Positions 27,637 through 41,779 of a stretch of 64,000 bases of DNA are shown here, piece after piece (the first letter of the stretch is position 1; the number at the start of each line of letters is the position of its first letter). Made by a program: the position numbers and the translations under genes. Source of the stretch: the human T2T-CHM13v2.0 reference genome, Homo sapiens; assembly GCF_009914755.1 (NCBI RefSeq), contig NC_060925.1, one strand, 5' to 3'. The notes below the pieces were generated by a model. That model was given only the letters and a program-made list of their open reading frames with translations. It ran no database searches and had not been told where the DNA came from.

Positions 27637-29454
27637 AGGATAAGATATGCTATGACTGCGCCAAGGCACTCCAGCCTAAGCAACAGAGGAAAACTCTCTA
27701 AAAAACAAAAAGATAGAAAAAATACAAGATGCTGGCCAGCCAGTGAGTATATCTGTGATCTTGTTTAGTTAGCATCTCCAAACACAACAGTACCAAACCC
27801 TCACATTGGCAGGAAGCTTTTTATTTCTCAAAAAATTCATTCCCAAAATATTTCTGGAAACCTTAACCTGTTTGTCTCCTCAGCCCCTCCGGGTGTGGGA
27901 CCTTTATAAGTGTCTTTCCCTTCCTTTTTGGCGTCCTGGGGATTTTGCTTATAAAAGGTGCCTTGGCTGAAGCTCTGCAGCCCCTTCTGCTCTGGTGGCT
28001 CTTGCTCTCAGGGGTGCTTCTGATTCATTGTCTACTCTGTCACTGTCCTTCAGACTTTAGCCTCCTATGTGTCATGGAGCTGGCTGAGCTTCTCTACATC
28101 ACCCAGCTTTTCACATCTCTGCAACCCTCTTCCTTTGCTTATGCCTAGTTCTTTCATGGAAGGTCACTCTCCTGGCCCCAAAACTTTCTATTCTGCTAAG
28201 TTCAATTCAATCAGAATATACTGATACCACCTCTGAGCCAGGTGCTTGGTGCTGGGAATGCAGCGATGAATAAACAGGTCTCCATGGCCTTAAGAAATTA
28301 TATTCTAGTGAGTGAGAAAACCCCATAAACAAATAGTTTCAAAATAATGTGGTGATAATATACAAAGGTGAACCCAGGTCAAATGAGAACACAACCCATT
28401 CTGGCAGTTCAGGATGGCTCCAAGGAGGCATTTATCTCTTTCAGGATGTGCTAACAGTTTTTAATTAGATTTAAAAAGAGGAAGAAAGGTCAGGGAGAAA
28501 AGATGATGAGCCTAGGCAAGATGGGTACATACAGGAAAAAGATAATGCAGTTTAATGGAGCGGGTACCTCAAGTATGAAGCAGAGTGAGTGTCAATAAAA
28601 GTAGGGATAAATAGGAAAATATTATGGAATGCTCTGCTTTCCATGTTAAGAAACTTAGATTTAATTCTGTAGTGTGTGGTTTATCAAGTAAAAAAAAAAA
28701 GTTCATTTGCATACACATACAAATGTAGAGACGGACACATATAAAGTTGCCTGTGATTTCAGCCATCCCACCTACATCCCTGGAAGTAAATCCACATGTT
28801 GAAGATGGGATACGTTGGGATGAAGGGGAATCCCTCAAAGTATTTTAAGTAGAGAATTTCATGATCACATGTTAGTTTAAATACATTACTATCACGTTTC
28901 ATGACAAGCAAGTCTGGAGTCAGGGAGTACAATACAAAGATGTTCTGTATCTAGGCAAGAGATGACAAGGTTATGAAATTGAGCATTATTGGTAAGGCTT
29001 GAGAAGAAGCTAAGACAACAGCATGTCTTGTGAGTCATGAGGAAGAGGAGGAGTCATGAGGAAGAGGAGGAGTCAGAGATGACTTCAAATTTCCAACTGG
29101 GACAGAAGCTTGGTTGAGAGAAACAGTAATGAGTTGATTTTTGGACATTTGAGTTTGAAATGTGTTTGGGACAAGACAGCTGGGTGACAACCAGGCATTT
29201 GGATATAAATTAGTAGGTATACTAGTCAGAAGTCCCAAGAAGAGGTCAAAGCTAGTAATATAGGTTTGTTGTGGGGGGAGTCATATGAATATCTTCCAAC
29301 TTGATTTTCATTGTGCTAAAGTATCATATAAATGCCATCTTCTAAAAATTCACAACAAAAAATGTTTTTCTTTACCTTAATTTTCTTTTACTTTACTTAC
29401 TTTTATCTTTCTTTTACTTTAACAAAATTTTCCCTAGAATGAAATTCTAAACAA

Positions 29455-29660
29455 AAGATGGAGGATTCTTATTGTATGACATGATGACTACAGTTAATAA
29501 AAATATGTTGTATCCTTGAAAATAGATAAGAATAGATTTTAGGTTTCCTCAACATATGAGGTAATGCTTATGTTAATTAGCTCAATTTAGCCATTCCATA
29601 ACATATACATATTTCAAAATATCATGTTTTCCATGATAAATAAATAAATATATTTTTTAA
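29455..29660 (+). mobile_element. L1MA-type 3' end fragment
   Basis: 'atgatgactacagttaataaaaatatgttgtatccttgaaaat...gttaattagctcaatttagccattcca'. Confidence 0.7.
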
Positions 29661-30118
29661 ATACAAAAGATTCTGAATTCATTATCACAATAATCCATTA
29701 GGGTGGGAGAAAGGATTGTGGGACCACAGTGATATGGACAAACCTAGTTACGATCTCCAAATTGGGCCTATTCCCTTCTCACTGAAGTAGCCCTTTACTC
29801 ACTTTCACCTGATATTTCCAATCCTATGCAAGCCCATGTTGAAATCTGATGGGCTGGAAAGAAGGGCCAAAATATTCAATCCCAGATCCTGTTGATGTTT
29901 TCACAGGAAAAAAATCCTTTCTATTTAGTTTTAGGAAACATAGAATAATAGCATTTTATTGTGTCAACATTTTAGTACAGTGAATATGTTGTTGGTGATT
30001 TCTAAGCTACCATACCTGGAGGTGAAATTTACTGTGGGATCCTTCCAAGTGGTCCCCCCCAACAATTCATTCTTCATAGAGCAGCCAGAGTAATCAAGTA
30101 AATATAAATCAGAGCATG

Positions 30119-32261
30119 TTCTCCCTCTCCCTCTCCCTCTCCCTCTCCCTCTCCCTCTCCCTCTCTCCACGGTCTCCTTCCACGGTCTCCCTCTGATGCC
30201 AAGCCAAAGCTGGACGGTACTGCTGCCATCTCGGCTCACTGCAACCTCCCTGCCTGATTCTCCTGCCTCAGCCTGCCGAGTGGCGCGCGCCGCCACGCCT
30301 GACTGGTTTTCACACTTTTTTGGTGGAGACGGGGTTTCGCTGTGTTGGCCGGGCTGGTCTCCAGCTCCTAACCGTGAGTGATCCGCCAGCCTCGGCCTCC
30401 CGAGGTGCCGGGATTGCAGACGGAGTCTCGTTCACTCAGTGCTCAATGGTGCCCAGGCTGGAGTGCAGTGGCGTGATCTCGGCTCGCTACAACCACCTCC
30501 CAGCCGCCTGCCTTGGCCTCCCAAAGAGCCGAGATTGCAGCCTCTGCCCGGCCGCCACCCCGTCTGGGAAGTGAGGAGCGTCTCTGCTTGGCCGCCCATC
30601 GTCTGGGATGTGAGGAGCCCCTCTGCCTGGCTGCCCAGTCTGGAAAGTGAGGAGCGTCTCTGCCCGGCCGCCATCCCATCTAGGAAGCGAGGAGCGCCTT
30701 TTCCCCGCCGCCATCCCATCTAGGAAGTGAGGAGCGCCTCTTCCCGGCCGCCATCCCATCTAGGAAGTGAGGAGCGTCTCTGCCCGGCCGCCCATCATCT
30801 GAGATGTGGGGAGCACCTCTGCCCCGCTGCCCTGTCTGGGAGGTGAGGAGCGTCTCTGCCCGGCCGCCCCGTCTGAGAAGTGAGGAAACCCTCTGCCTGG
30901 CAACCGCCCCGTCTGAGAAGTGAGGAGCCCCTCCGTCCGGCAGCCACCCCGTCTGGGAAGTGAGGAGCGTCTCCGCCCGGCAGCCACCCCGTCCGGGAGG
31001 GAGGTGGGGGGGGTCAGCCCCCCGCCCGGCCAGCCGCCCCGTCTGGGAAGTGAGGAGCCCCTCTGCCCGGCCAGTCACCCCGTCCAGGAGGGAGGTGGGG
31101 GGGTCAGCCCCCCGCCCGGCCAGCCGCCCCGTCCGGGAGGGAGGTGGGGGGGTCAGCCCCTCGCCCGGCCAGCCGCCCTGTCCGTGAGGGAGGTGGGGGG
31201 GTCAGCCCCCCGCCTCGCCAGCTGCCCCGTCCGGGAGGTGAGGGGCGCCTCTGCCCGGCCGCCCCTACTGGGAAGTGAGGAGCCCCTCTGCCCGGCCAGC
31301 CGCCCCGTCCGGGAGGGAGGCGGGAGGTGGGGGGATCAGCCCCCCGCCCGGCCAGCCGCCCCGTCCGGGAGGGAGGCGGGAGGTGGGGGGGTCAGCCCCC
31401 CGCCCGGCCAGCCGCCCTGTCCGGGAGGGAGGTGGGGGGGTCAGCCCCCCGCCCGGCCAGCCGCCCCGTCCGGGAGGTGAGGGGCGCCTCTGCCCGGCCG
31501 CCCCTACTGGGAAGTGAGGAGCCCCTCTGCCCGGCCAGCCGCCCCGTCCGGGAGGGAGGTGGGGGGGTCAGCCCCCCGCCCGGCCAGCCGCCCTGTCCGG
31601 GAGGGGGGAGAGGGGGTCAGCCCCCTGCCCGGCCAGCCGCCCCATCCGGGAGGTGAGGGGCGCTTCTGCCCGGCCGCCCCTACTGGGAAGTGAGGAGCCC
31701 CTCTGCCCGGCCACGACCCCGTCTGGGAGGTGTGCCCAGCGGCTCATTGAGAACGGGCCATGATGACAATGGCGGTTTTGTGGAATAGAAAGGCGGGAAG
31801 GGTGGGGAAAAAATTGAGAAATCGGATGGTTGCCGGGTCTGTGTGGATAGAAGTAGACATGGGAGACTTTTCATTTTGTTCTGTACTAAGAAAAATTCTT
31901 CTGCCTTGGGATCCTGTTGATCTGTGACCTTACCCCCAACCCTGTGCTCTCTGAAACATGTGCTGTGTCCACTCAGGGTTAAATGGATTAAGGGCGGTGC
32001 AAGATGTGCTTTGTTAAACAGATGCTTGAAGGCAGCATGCTCGTTAAGAGTCATCACCACTCCCTAATCTTAAGTACCCAGGGACACAAACACTGCGGAA
32101 GGCCACAGGGTCCTCTGCCTAGGAAAACCAGAGACCTTTGTTCACTTGTTTATCTGCTGACCTTCCCTCCACTATTGTCCTATGACCCTGCCAAATCCCC
32201 CTCTGCGAGAAACACCCAAGAATGATCAATAAAAAAAAAAAAAAAATAAATAAATAAATAA
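30119..32261 (+). mobile_element. Full-length SVA retrotransposon (probably SVA_B/C), inserted in an L2
   Basis: (CCCTCT)n hexamer, antisense Alu-like region, GC-rich VNTR (~30540-31730), SINE-R, AATAAA and poly-A. TSD ataaatcagagcatg at 30104-30118 and 32262-32276. Confidence 0.96.
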
Positions 32262-33379
32262 ATAAATCAGAGCATGACACTCTCCTGTTTAAACCCATTA
32301 AATGGATTCCCATAGCTATTCAAATAAAGCCCAAACTTCCTACTGTATAGTGCCCATCTTTATCACACCCCTCCCAGGCTCCTCCACAACCTCCCTGACC
32401 TTCCCTTGTTCCCTTTTCAAGACAAGCTCTTTCCTGACTCAAAAATATCTTGTTTTCCTCTTCCTAGAACTCTCTGCCCTCAATATTTCATGTAGCAGGC
32501 TCCTTCTCATCTTTCATGTATGAGTTCAAAACCCCATTCCTTACAGAGGCATTTCCTGACTACCATTTCTAATCCTTAATGACCTACCCCAATCTCTATC
32601 ATGGTACTGTTTTATTATTGTCCACATAACGTTTATCACCATCTGAAATCATGATTTTTGTTTTGCATACTTGTTTATTGTATATTGGAGCCATAAAGAC
32701 ATTTACTTCATTTGAATCTTTCAAGTAAAAAAAAAGTATTTAATAAATATTTGTAAAATGAATGGACTAAATGAACATCCGGATTCTATAAAATTAGTAA
32801 GTAAAAAGTAAAAAAAGAAAGTATTCTGAACAAAGATGCCAGGCTCTGTAGTTGGCGCTGGCAATGGAACCGTGTCTTTCAGTAGTTCCCACTCTGGTGA
32901 AGACAATAGACAATTGTGATGCCGTATGGCAAATGTTAACTAGGAGGCAAATAGAAGGTCCTGTGGGATCACAAAAGAAAGGATCCCTTAAAGAGTCGTT
33001 AAAATCTGAAGGATGAGTGAGTGAAGGGGAAATGAGGGCTGAAGGGGTGGAAGGAATGTGGTAAACTCCTAGGTAGAAGGAACAGCAGGTGCGAAACTGT
33101 GCGGGAAGAGATGGGAATCAGAGAAATTTTAAGCAGTTCCCTGTTCCTGGAGCACTTTCCCAGGGTGATTGTAGGGTTTGATGACATAATAGCATGCACA
33201 CTACTGTGAATGGTAACTCGCCATGTAAGTTAAGATATTGTTATGCAGACCTGTACCTACCAGTCACTTACTATATCTTTTGATAGTCAAAGAAAAAGGA
33301 AGGATAATTTCGAAGAAAGACTTCGTGGGACGGCTTCTGTGACTTACATGCTGGGTCCTGGGACCTCACCCCATCCTCT

Positions 33380-33800
33380 ACACTAGTTTTGTACAGTCCA
33401 TGTTCGTGGCCTGAGAAGGCGTGGTGTTGCCTTGACCACGAATCTCATTGGCCTTTCAAAGGGGAAACTGTTGTAGGATTGGCTGTGGAGATAGCAAGAG
33501 GCCTGCCCCCTGTCGCTGATTGGGTGAGAGCGGCCAACCCCCTGCCTCCGTCTCTCGGCGGCCCCACGGGGGCCTGTTGGTTGGCAACCGATTTGCTTCC
33601 TCCGGTGCGTGGCTGCGGGGTTGCACCTGTGAAGCGAAGACAACCTGCTAGGACCCTGATAGGCGTACACCTCTCACTCCCACTCACGCGCCGACGACAT
33701 GGGCTTGTCTCCGTTACTCATCCAAGTTTGTCTTGAGACTGGGCTGTGAGCCGGCACTGCAGTGAAACGCCGCAGATGAGGAAGTGCCCAAGTCTTCCTT
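33380..33800 (+). promoter_or_regulatory. UBE2U: UBE2U CpG-rich promoter with CCAAT boxes and RFX X-box-like sites
   Basis: Local CpG enrichment; ATTGG at ~33447, ~33478 and ~33519; GTTGCCTTGACCAC (33426-33439) and GTTGGTTGGCAAC (33576-33588), all upstream of the ATG exon. Confidence 0.7.
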
Positions 33801-34013
33801 CGGGAAGTTCTCGTTTAGAGGAGTCAGGAGAAAAAGTCATTGTTATATCCCAACTTTAGAAGCCGCTTATCTTGGTACCGTTCTGAGGTTCTAGAAAGCA
33901 AGTAACTTATATCAGTTTACTAAGTGTGGGAAAGTGACCCATAACTTCAAACATCTGCCTCAGAGTAAACCTGAGGCATTTGGGGACAAGTGTCAGACCC
34001 TCCGCTGCCTATC

Positions 34014-34079
34014 ATGCACGGCAGAGCTTACCTCTTGCTGCACAGAGACTTCTGTGATCTCAAGGAGAACAATTATAAG
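34014..34079 (+). CDS. UBE2U: UBE2U coding exon 1 (MHGRAYLLLHRDFCDLKENNYK)
   Basis: ATG at 34014, donor GTAAGT at 34080; E2 N-terminal helix. Confidence 0.93.
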
Positions 34080-35601
34080 GTAAGTACTGGGCACGTGGAG
34101 AGATGTGTTTCATTGTGCAATAATTTTTAAGAGGCAGTTTAACCCATTTTATTCTATAAGTAGTAATTTAGTTAAACCTGATTTGCCACTACAGTATTGT
34201 TATTTAATAAATCCATTTCACTGAAGTAATGTGTTTCATATTAATAACAATTATTATTACTTCAAAATAATAATGCTTAACAATATTGAACATATTATGC
34301 AGAGTAATTTATGTGGATCTAGGCACTGAATATCAGGGTCTGTCATGTAGTTAGTGACTAGTAGGTGCAGGCTTATGCTCATTAATTATAATACTATACA
34401 ATAAGTAGTATTTCATTTTACTTACCAAAAACCTAAGCCTCAGAAATATTCTGTAAAGATTTTGCCCCATGATTCCATTACAGGGTTTTTGGACTTCAAA
34501 GCCCTAGTTCTTAATTCCTGTGTTCCACTGCTTACTGTCTAGTGTACTTTTACCAGCATGACACATAAATGCCTTCCCTTTATAGTTTTAACACAAAAGA
34601 AGCAATGTCCTTGGGCTTAAACGCCACCAATGAGGTTATCAATGTCCATGGCTGCCACAGGCTGATTTACGGAAAATGAAAAATGGAAGAGGGGGCGAAG
34701 AGGGAGTGCTTAAGAGAAAGAACAGAAAGAAAGCTGTCCATGAAAGGTATAGAGTGCTTCCCACAGTTGCTTCAGGTGTAGTTCAGTGGCATTGTTCATT
34801 TTTTACCTCTGCTATAAAAGTACTGCATTCACTGGAGATGTTAGGAACAATTATGGAGTCCAACAGCGAACATTCCTGGGGCATGGACCTAACATTTGAT
34901 ATTGTTTCTGCTCATCCTGAGCTCTGTAGTTCTCTGTTGAAAGAGAATCCAATGAAGGAATATGTAAATATAGATAATAGAGAGACAGGGCTCACCCAGA
35001 CAAGCACTAACATACTTAATAACTATGTGGATGCTCAGAAGTGTTTTTATGTGTTTGTAAGTGTGTTACTTAACGTAATTCATAAGGTTTTCTATGAAAT
35101 ACATTCTTGTCCCTCCATTGGAACAACTCCTCAAGTATAGGAAAACTTTGCTTTTATATACAAGTGTAATTTTGGATTTTTTCTTAATGAAAATGTTCCC
35201 ACTTCATGCCTTTCATATAGCATTCATATAGCTCTAAAATGTTTTGAAGAAACATGCACTTTCCAACTATTTCTTTCTTTTAAAATTTGAATATTAAATT
35301 GGTTATTGATTTACACAAACAGTATATAAGCCACACATTCTAATCTTGACTTTCTAGTCCCACTTGTGATTTCCACACTTATGATTTATTTTTAATTACT
35401 ATTGCATATGTTTTCTGGGATCTATATTAACTTCCGTGAAATAAGACATGTAACACTTCCCCAGAGCAGCAAATAAATAAACTTATCAAGGAAAGAAAAT
35501 TTAGAGTTTTTAGAATTCAGTGTGACCTGGTATATGATTTTCAAAACTTCAATAAATACTTAATAAGTTTTTTCTGATTTAATTTTGTTTTTAACTTCAA
35601 G

Positions 35602-35683
35602 GGTATCACTGCTAAGCCTGTAAGTGAAGATATGATGGAATGGGAAGTTGAAATTGAAGGTCTACAGAATTCAGTTTGGCAGG
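35602..35683 (+). CDS. UBE2U: UBE2U exon 2 (GITAKPVSEDMMEWEVEIEGLQNSVWQG)
   Basis: AG/GT boundaries, frame continuous, UBC-fold motif. Confidence 0.93.
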
Positions 35684-36726
35684 GTTTGTATTTTCAAAAC
35701 CAATCTATTTTTTAAAAAAGTCTTTATACCATTATTAGCCCATCCTCTTTTTATGTAGGATAAGGTCGCATTATATAAATTTCCTGAAATTCTTCTTCAT
35801 ATGCATAAGTTTGCATTATACCAGTTGTCTAAAATTCTAAAAATATTCCCATTTTTTTTATTTATGACTTTTTTGCCATGTGTCAACATAGATGGAAATT
35901 TGGGGTATTTTTCTTTATGCCAAATCTTAATTTTATTACATTTTTAAGAAGCAGACACAATAGAGCATATCAATTGAGAGAATATCGTCTGCCTTCCGTG
36001 AGATCAGGGAATAACTATCAAAATTCCTATTGGCTTCAAAACCCCACAGTTACTTCTCATTTTTTCCTTTATGATTTTCCCCCAAATTTTCATAAATCAA
36101 AAAATCTCAAGAACACTAAGCCACTATAAACTTTAATGCTCATGTTTTCTTTCAATTATGGATTAATAAGATAGATTCCTTGAGTGAGGTAGGGGAGACA
36201 AACACATCAGCTGATAATTACAATAAAATATACATTATTATGGATTTTGAACAGAATGCTAAAGAGGAAGAGGATTAGTTAATTATGCCTGAGGGAGTCA
36301 GGAATGTCTTCCCAAGGAGATCACATTTGAGTTGAGTCCTGAAGAATCTGCCAGGTTCAGAAGAAGGATAAGGAAATTCGGGCAGAGTAAACAGCACAGC
36401 AAAGACTTGTAGACAAGAAAGGGTGTAGCAGATTTTGGGAACATGAGTTCAGTCAATACGAGATACAACAGAGGGGGTGGATGTTAGGGCGACAAAGGTA
36501 GTAGATGGAAAGGACTAGTGGGAAAGAGACTGAAAACGTATGATTATAATAGATTGTGAAGTGTCTGTTATACTATCCAGAGGAGTCGGTGCACTCTATG
36601 AATCAATTTACTTAAAAATAAAACTGTGGAAAGACTAAACCATAGGGAGAAACTCCAGTGTTAATCAGGTTACAGTTAATCAATAAACATGACACTTTAG
36701 TAAAAATGTTTATTTCTATATTATAG

Positions 36727-36819
36727 GTTTAGTCTTCCAACTGACAATACATTTTACATCGGAGTACAACTATGCTCCTCCAGTTGTGAAATTTATAACA
36801 ATTCCGTTTCATCCAAATG
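36727..36819 (+). CDS. UBE2U: UBE2U exon 3 (LVFQLTIHFTSEYNYAPPVVKFITIPFHPN)
   Basis: PP and HPN motifs of E2 enzymes; AG/GT boundaries. Confidence 0.95.
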
Positions 36820-37096
36820 GTAAGAACTAAATGACATTTTTATCATTAGAGGCTTTGTCCCTATTATCCTTGTTTCTTATAATAATCATGTTTCTTTTTA
36901 AGAACTTTATTATGATTCTAAAAGTAAGAACTCTCATTGGGGAAAATATGAAAAGGCTGGAAAAAATTAGCAATCACCTTAAATCCTAATGCAAAGAGAA
37001 AATACTGTCAACATTTTGCCAAATTTATTTTCCTTTTTTCTAAGTATGAATTTTTTCTATACAGTTGAGGTATTATGCATGAAGTTTTGCCTCTAG

Positions 37097-37406
<310 letters not shown>

Positions 37407-38289
37407 TAGGTTTTTAATTTTAAAACTATATGTCTTTTTTCTGCATTATTAAACAGTCTTCAAAAGATCATCTTAAATGGTTCAACAATACACTTAACCA
37501 TTTCTGTATTGTTCAATATTTTAGTTGGATCTAATTTTTCATTATTATAAAAAAACGATGCACTGGACAGATTAACTTTTTTTAAATAAAAGGTAAGTTA
37601 GATTGCTACTTAAAGTTATACACAAAACCAATTCCTGAAGGATCAAAAATCTAAAAATTTTAAATGCTGGAAAAGAAGGAAATCTAATAGAATTTTTATG
37701 GGCTTGGTGAGGAAGACGTTTCTCAGCATGATAAAACCCAGTAACTGTATGGAAAATATGACACATTAAACTGCAAAACCTGTTAAAACTTCTCTACAGC
37801 CCAGGACATTATACTCAGAGGTCAAAGACACTGACTTTTGCAAACTGAGGGAAAATATTTGCAATGCATGTAACAGAATATGTATACCATATGAAGAACA
37901 CTTGTCAATCAATATAAAAAGAACATAAAGCAATTAAAAAATGGAGAAAGGCTATAAACAAACACTGGACAGAATAAACAACAAAAATAAACATAAAAAG
38001 ATTATCAATCTCACTACTAAGAAAATAAAAGCAAATTAAAACAAAAAGTATTGTTATTTATCACATATTCATAAAATGTCAAAATATAACATACATATTT
38101 AGTAGGCATGGGCAGACATTGTTCCTCTGATATAATCATGACCTTTTGAGGAAGTAGTGTGACAGTTTCTAATCAGGTATAAAATGCATATATCCCTAAA
38201 TTCCCGTAATACCATGTTTATAAACTATTCTGTAGAAATATTAGCACAAGTGTGCAAGAGTGTGTTATATTTAAAGACGTTTATTCCCA

Positions 38290-38565
38290 CCAGGCTCAGT
38301 GGCTTATGCCTGTTATCCCAGTACTTTGGGTGGTCGGTGGGGAGTATTGCTTGGGTCCAGGAGTTTGACACCAGCCTGGGCAACATAGTGAGACCTGTCT
38401 CTACAGAAAATAAAAAAATTAGCTTGGCATGGTAGCATGTGCCTGTAGTCCCAGCTACTTCAGGTCTGAGGTAGGAGGATTGCTTGAGCCCAGGAGGTCG
38501 AGGCTGCAGTGAGCCATGATTGTGCCATTGCACTCCAGCCTGGGCAACAGAACAAGACGCTGTCT

Positions 38566-38595
<30 letters not shown>
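38290..38595 (+). mobile_element. AluJ within old L1M sequence
   Basis: Long poly-A; TSD aaaga(c/t)gtttattccca. Confidence 0.9.
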
Positions 38596-38599
<4 letters not shown>

Positions 38600-40692
38600 T
38601 GTTTATTCCCAACAGCAATGTTAGAAATAGGAAAAATGGAAATAACTTCAATCTCCATTAACACAGGAATTTTAAGTGAAATATCCTACAGTTACGTGTA
38701 TTGCTTCTAAACAGAACGAGGAAGGTCTACGAACCTTTTAGGTCTAGATCATTGCTATATCCTTAGAATCTTCACTGCGTGGCATATAGTAGGTATTCAG
38801 ATATTTTTTGAATAAATATTTGTGTCCAGAAATATGTTGAAAATACATTGTTAAGTGAAAAAATACATTGAACAATAAAATGTAAAATATATTCCCATTT
38901 AATAAACACACACATATGGGTGTGTATACATATATGTGTTTGTGTGTATATTTGTATAGACCAACTGGTAATATTGGTCTTGAATAGTAGAATTAGTAGG
39001 CAGGGGAACATTCATATTTTACATTAGATTTTTTATGTTTTTTTCCCAAGTACATTATTTTATTGTAATTAAAACCTATTTTTGGTATCTATAACACAAA
39101 ATTAATTACATACGTGTGCCTTTATTTGTTTAAAATAGTTAGAATTATTGGATTAAATTCAATGGGGGGAGGTACTCTTATCCCCTAGTCCTCATCCCTC
39201 CCACTTCCATAAAGTAGAGGGAACTTTAGTCTCTAGGAGGGGGAAGGTATAGGAAAACTTGTGACTGCTCTTTTTTTTTCCCCCATCACTCCTCCTAGAA
39301 GTCACTTATCTGATTAGGGAGATGAAGGAAAGAATTGAGCATATGTGGCCCAGAACTTGCTCAACACTCTCTCCTTCTGACCATACTGGGTATAGTCTCT
39401 TTTGCTCCAGGCAGGAAACTTAGGCAGGCCTTCGGTTTGGGAGTTAAGTTTAAATCAGGGGGACTTTTGTGGAGCCTGATTAAAGCCATTCATCAAGTGC
39501 GTTCTCCATTTCAGTCTTATGTGCAATGAAGCTGATGTTTTTACTTCCACCTTTCAATACTTTGATCTATTTTATAATTACATATGAACTTGAGGGGAGA
39601 GAAGGGTTATTTACTAGCTTTCAACCCCCGCCCCCGCCCGCCCCGCAAAAGATGGCTATGTACAGTTTTAAGTCTTTATATAAAAAGCCAAATTGCCTTT
39701 CGGTGGTATTTGTACTCCTACCAAAAAGTACATATAAAGTTCTTATTTTAGCACCTTCCAATTCTGGCCATTGAAACTTTGAAGAAAATTTTTTTGCCAA
39801 TTTGGTAAGAGTCTTGCTATTATTTTAATAAGCACTTCTTTGAATACTTGAGAAGTAAACATTTCCCACCTTTGTTGATTCTTATTTTGTGACTCGTATG
39901 ATACAATTGACAGTGCTATCACATTGTCCTAGATGTTGCAAATATTTCCTCTAATTTGTCATTAATTTTCAACTTTGTTTATGCTGTTTTTTCACATCTG
40001 GGATTTAGAGATTTTTATGATTTAAAATAAATTTATATTTAAGATCTATTAATCTTGTCCTTTGAGGCTTTTGCAGTTGTCTTTCATCTTAGATGATCCT
40101 TTCCCAAAAGAAAATCAAATAGTCATTTTAAGTTTCTTCTAGTCATTCTACAGTTTTATTTTTCTTATTTAACTCTATTATTTTTTCAAACACTAAATTA
40201 CTTAACTGTGTTAGGGCATATGCCAAGCTCCTGTACATCTTTCCAACTTAACATAACAGGACAACGCTGGAGGGAGGTTGTGCCCATCCTCAATGTGAAG
40301 ATTCCATTTCTGGGACTAAGGCATTTACTGTTTGTCACCATTTCCAGTCTGGGGGAAGGGGGAAGAAAAGAAGGAAAGCCAGCTTCCTTTAAAAAAAGAC
40401 TCAGAAATTGCACACTTATCCTTATGTCCCACAACAAAAACTTAGTCACAAGGCCACATCTTGCTAAAGGAGAGGATAGGAAAAACTGTAGGGGCACCTA
40501 TGTATTCAGCTAAAACAACATGGTAATGGGTGGGAACCAGGGATGGGTATAGTGCTTCTCAGTACAGAGAGAAGAACTAGGAAAAAGGAAGAGTAAATGC
40601 AGATAATTTTTCTGGCTTATCATTTTGATGTTTGTAAGTTTTAAATAATAATTTATTATAAATGCAAATATTAATGTATTATTTTAATACAG

Positions 40693-40790
40693 TAGACCCA
40701 CACACTGGTCAGCCCTGTATAGACTTTTTGGACAACCCTGAGAAGTGGAATACAAACTATACATTGAGCAGCATCTTACTTGCCCTACAG
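40693..40790 (+). CDS. UBE2U: UBE2U exon 4 with catalytic Cys89 (VDPHTGQPCIDFLDNPEKW...)
   Basis: TGT at 40716-40718 in the E2 active-site context; AG/GT boundaries. Confidence 0.95.
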
Positions 40791-41358
40791 GTAAGAATGG
40801 ATTTCATATAATCCTCTCTTTAATACTTTTAATTACCCTAATTATTCAAACTACAAGGATTAAAATATACAATGCATATTTAAGTGTTTAAAGAATTTGA
40901 GAAGTTTATTTAAATCCATACTTCTATATGAAGGCTACAAAGTGGAACTTACTTAAATTATAAAAACTATTATTTAAAGTGAAATTGATAGTTAAGGCCC
41001 CTCAAGACCAAAGAATGCATATCTTATAAAAGAATAAAATAATTATTTAGATGGTTTCAATTCTGAAAATATAACCTTAGGTTTTCTTTTGGTTCCTAAC
41101 TTCACTTCCTGATGTTGAGCAAGCCTTTTAGATCTTTCTTCATTTATGGACCTTGCCTTCCTGAGAGAGGTGGATCGAATGACTACAACTTAAAATGTTC
41201 ACTTTTGTTTTTTGTTTCTGACAGTGCTAGTTAGCTACTTTCTGTCCCAATAGTGTTCACATCAAACCCAGTGAACAATTTATACCAAGGATTTTCTCCT
41301 CTCCTCAGATGCCTGTTTCTCAAATGCCACCTTTACCCACTGGACCCATGGTCCTTAG

Positions 41359-41779
<421 letters not shown>

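Noticed and set aside
30196-32313. Many long overlapping ORFs, and a tandem array that could be mistaken for CRISPR
   Set aside because: This is the SVA VNTR and Alu-like region. The repeats have no unique spacers, and the ORFs arise from GC-rich tandem repeats.
34676-35140. 154-aa ORF in UBE2U intron 1
   Set aside because: No recognisable domain or splice context, and it partly overlaps degraded repeat-like sequence; likely chance.
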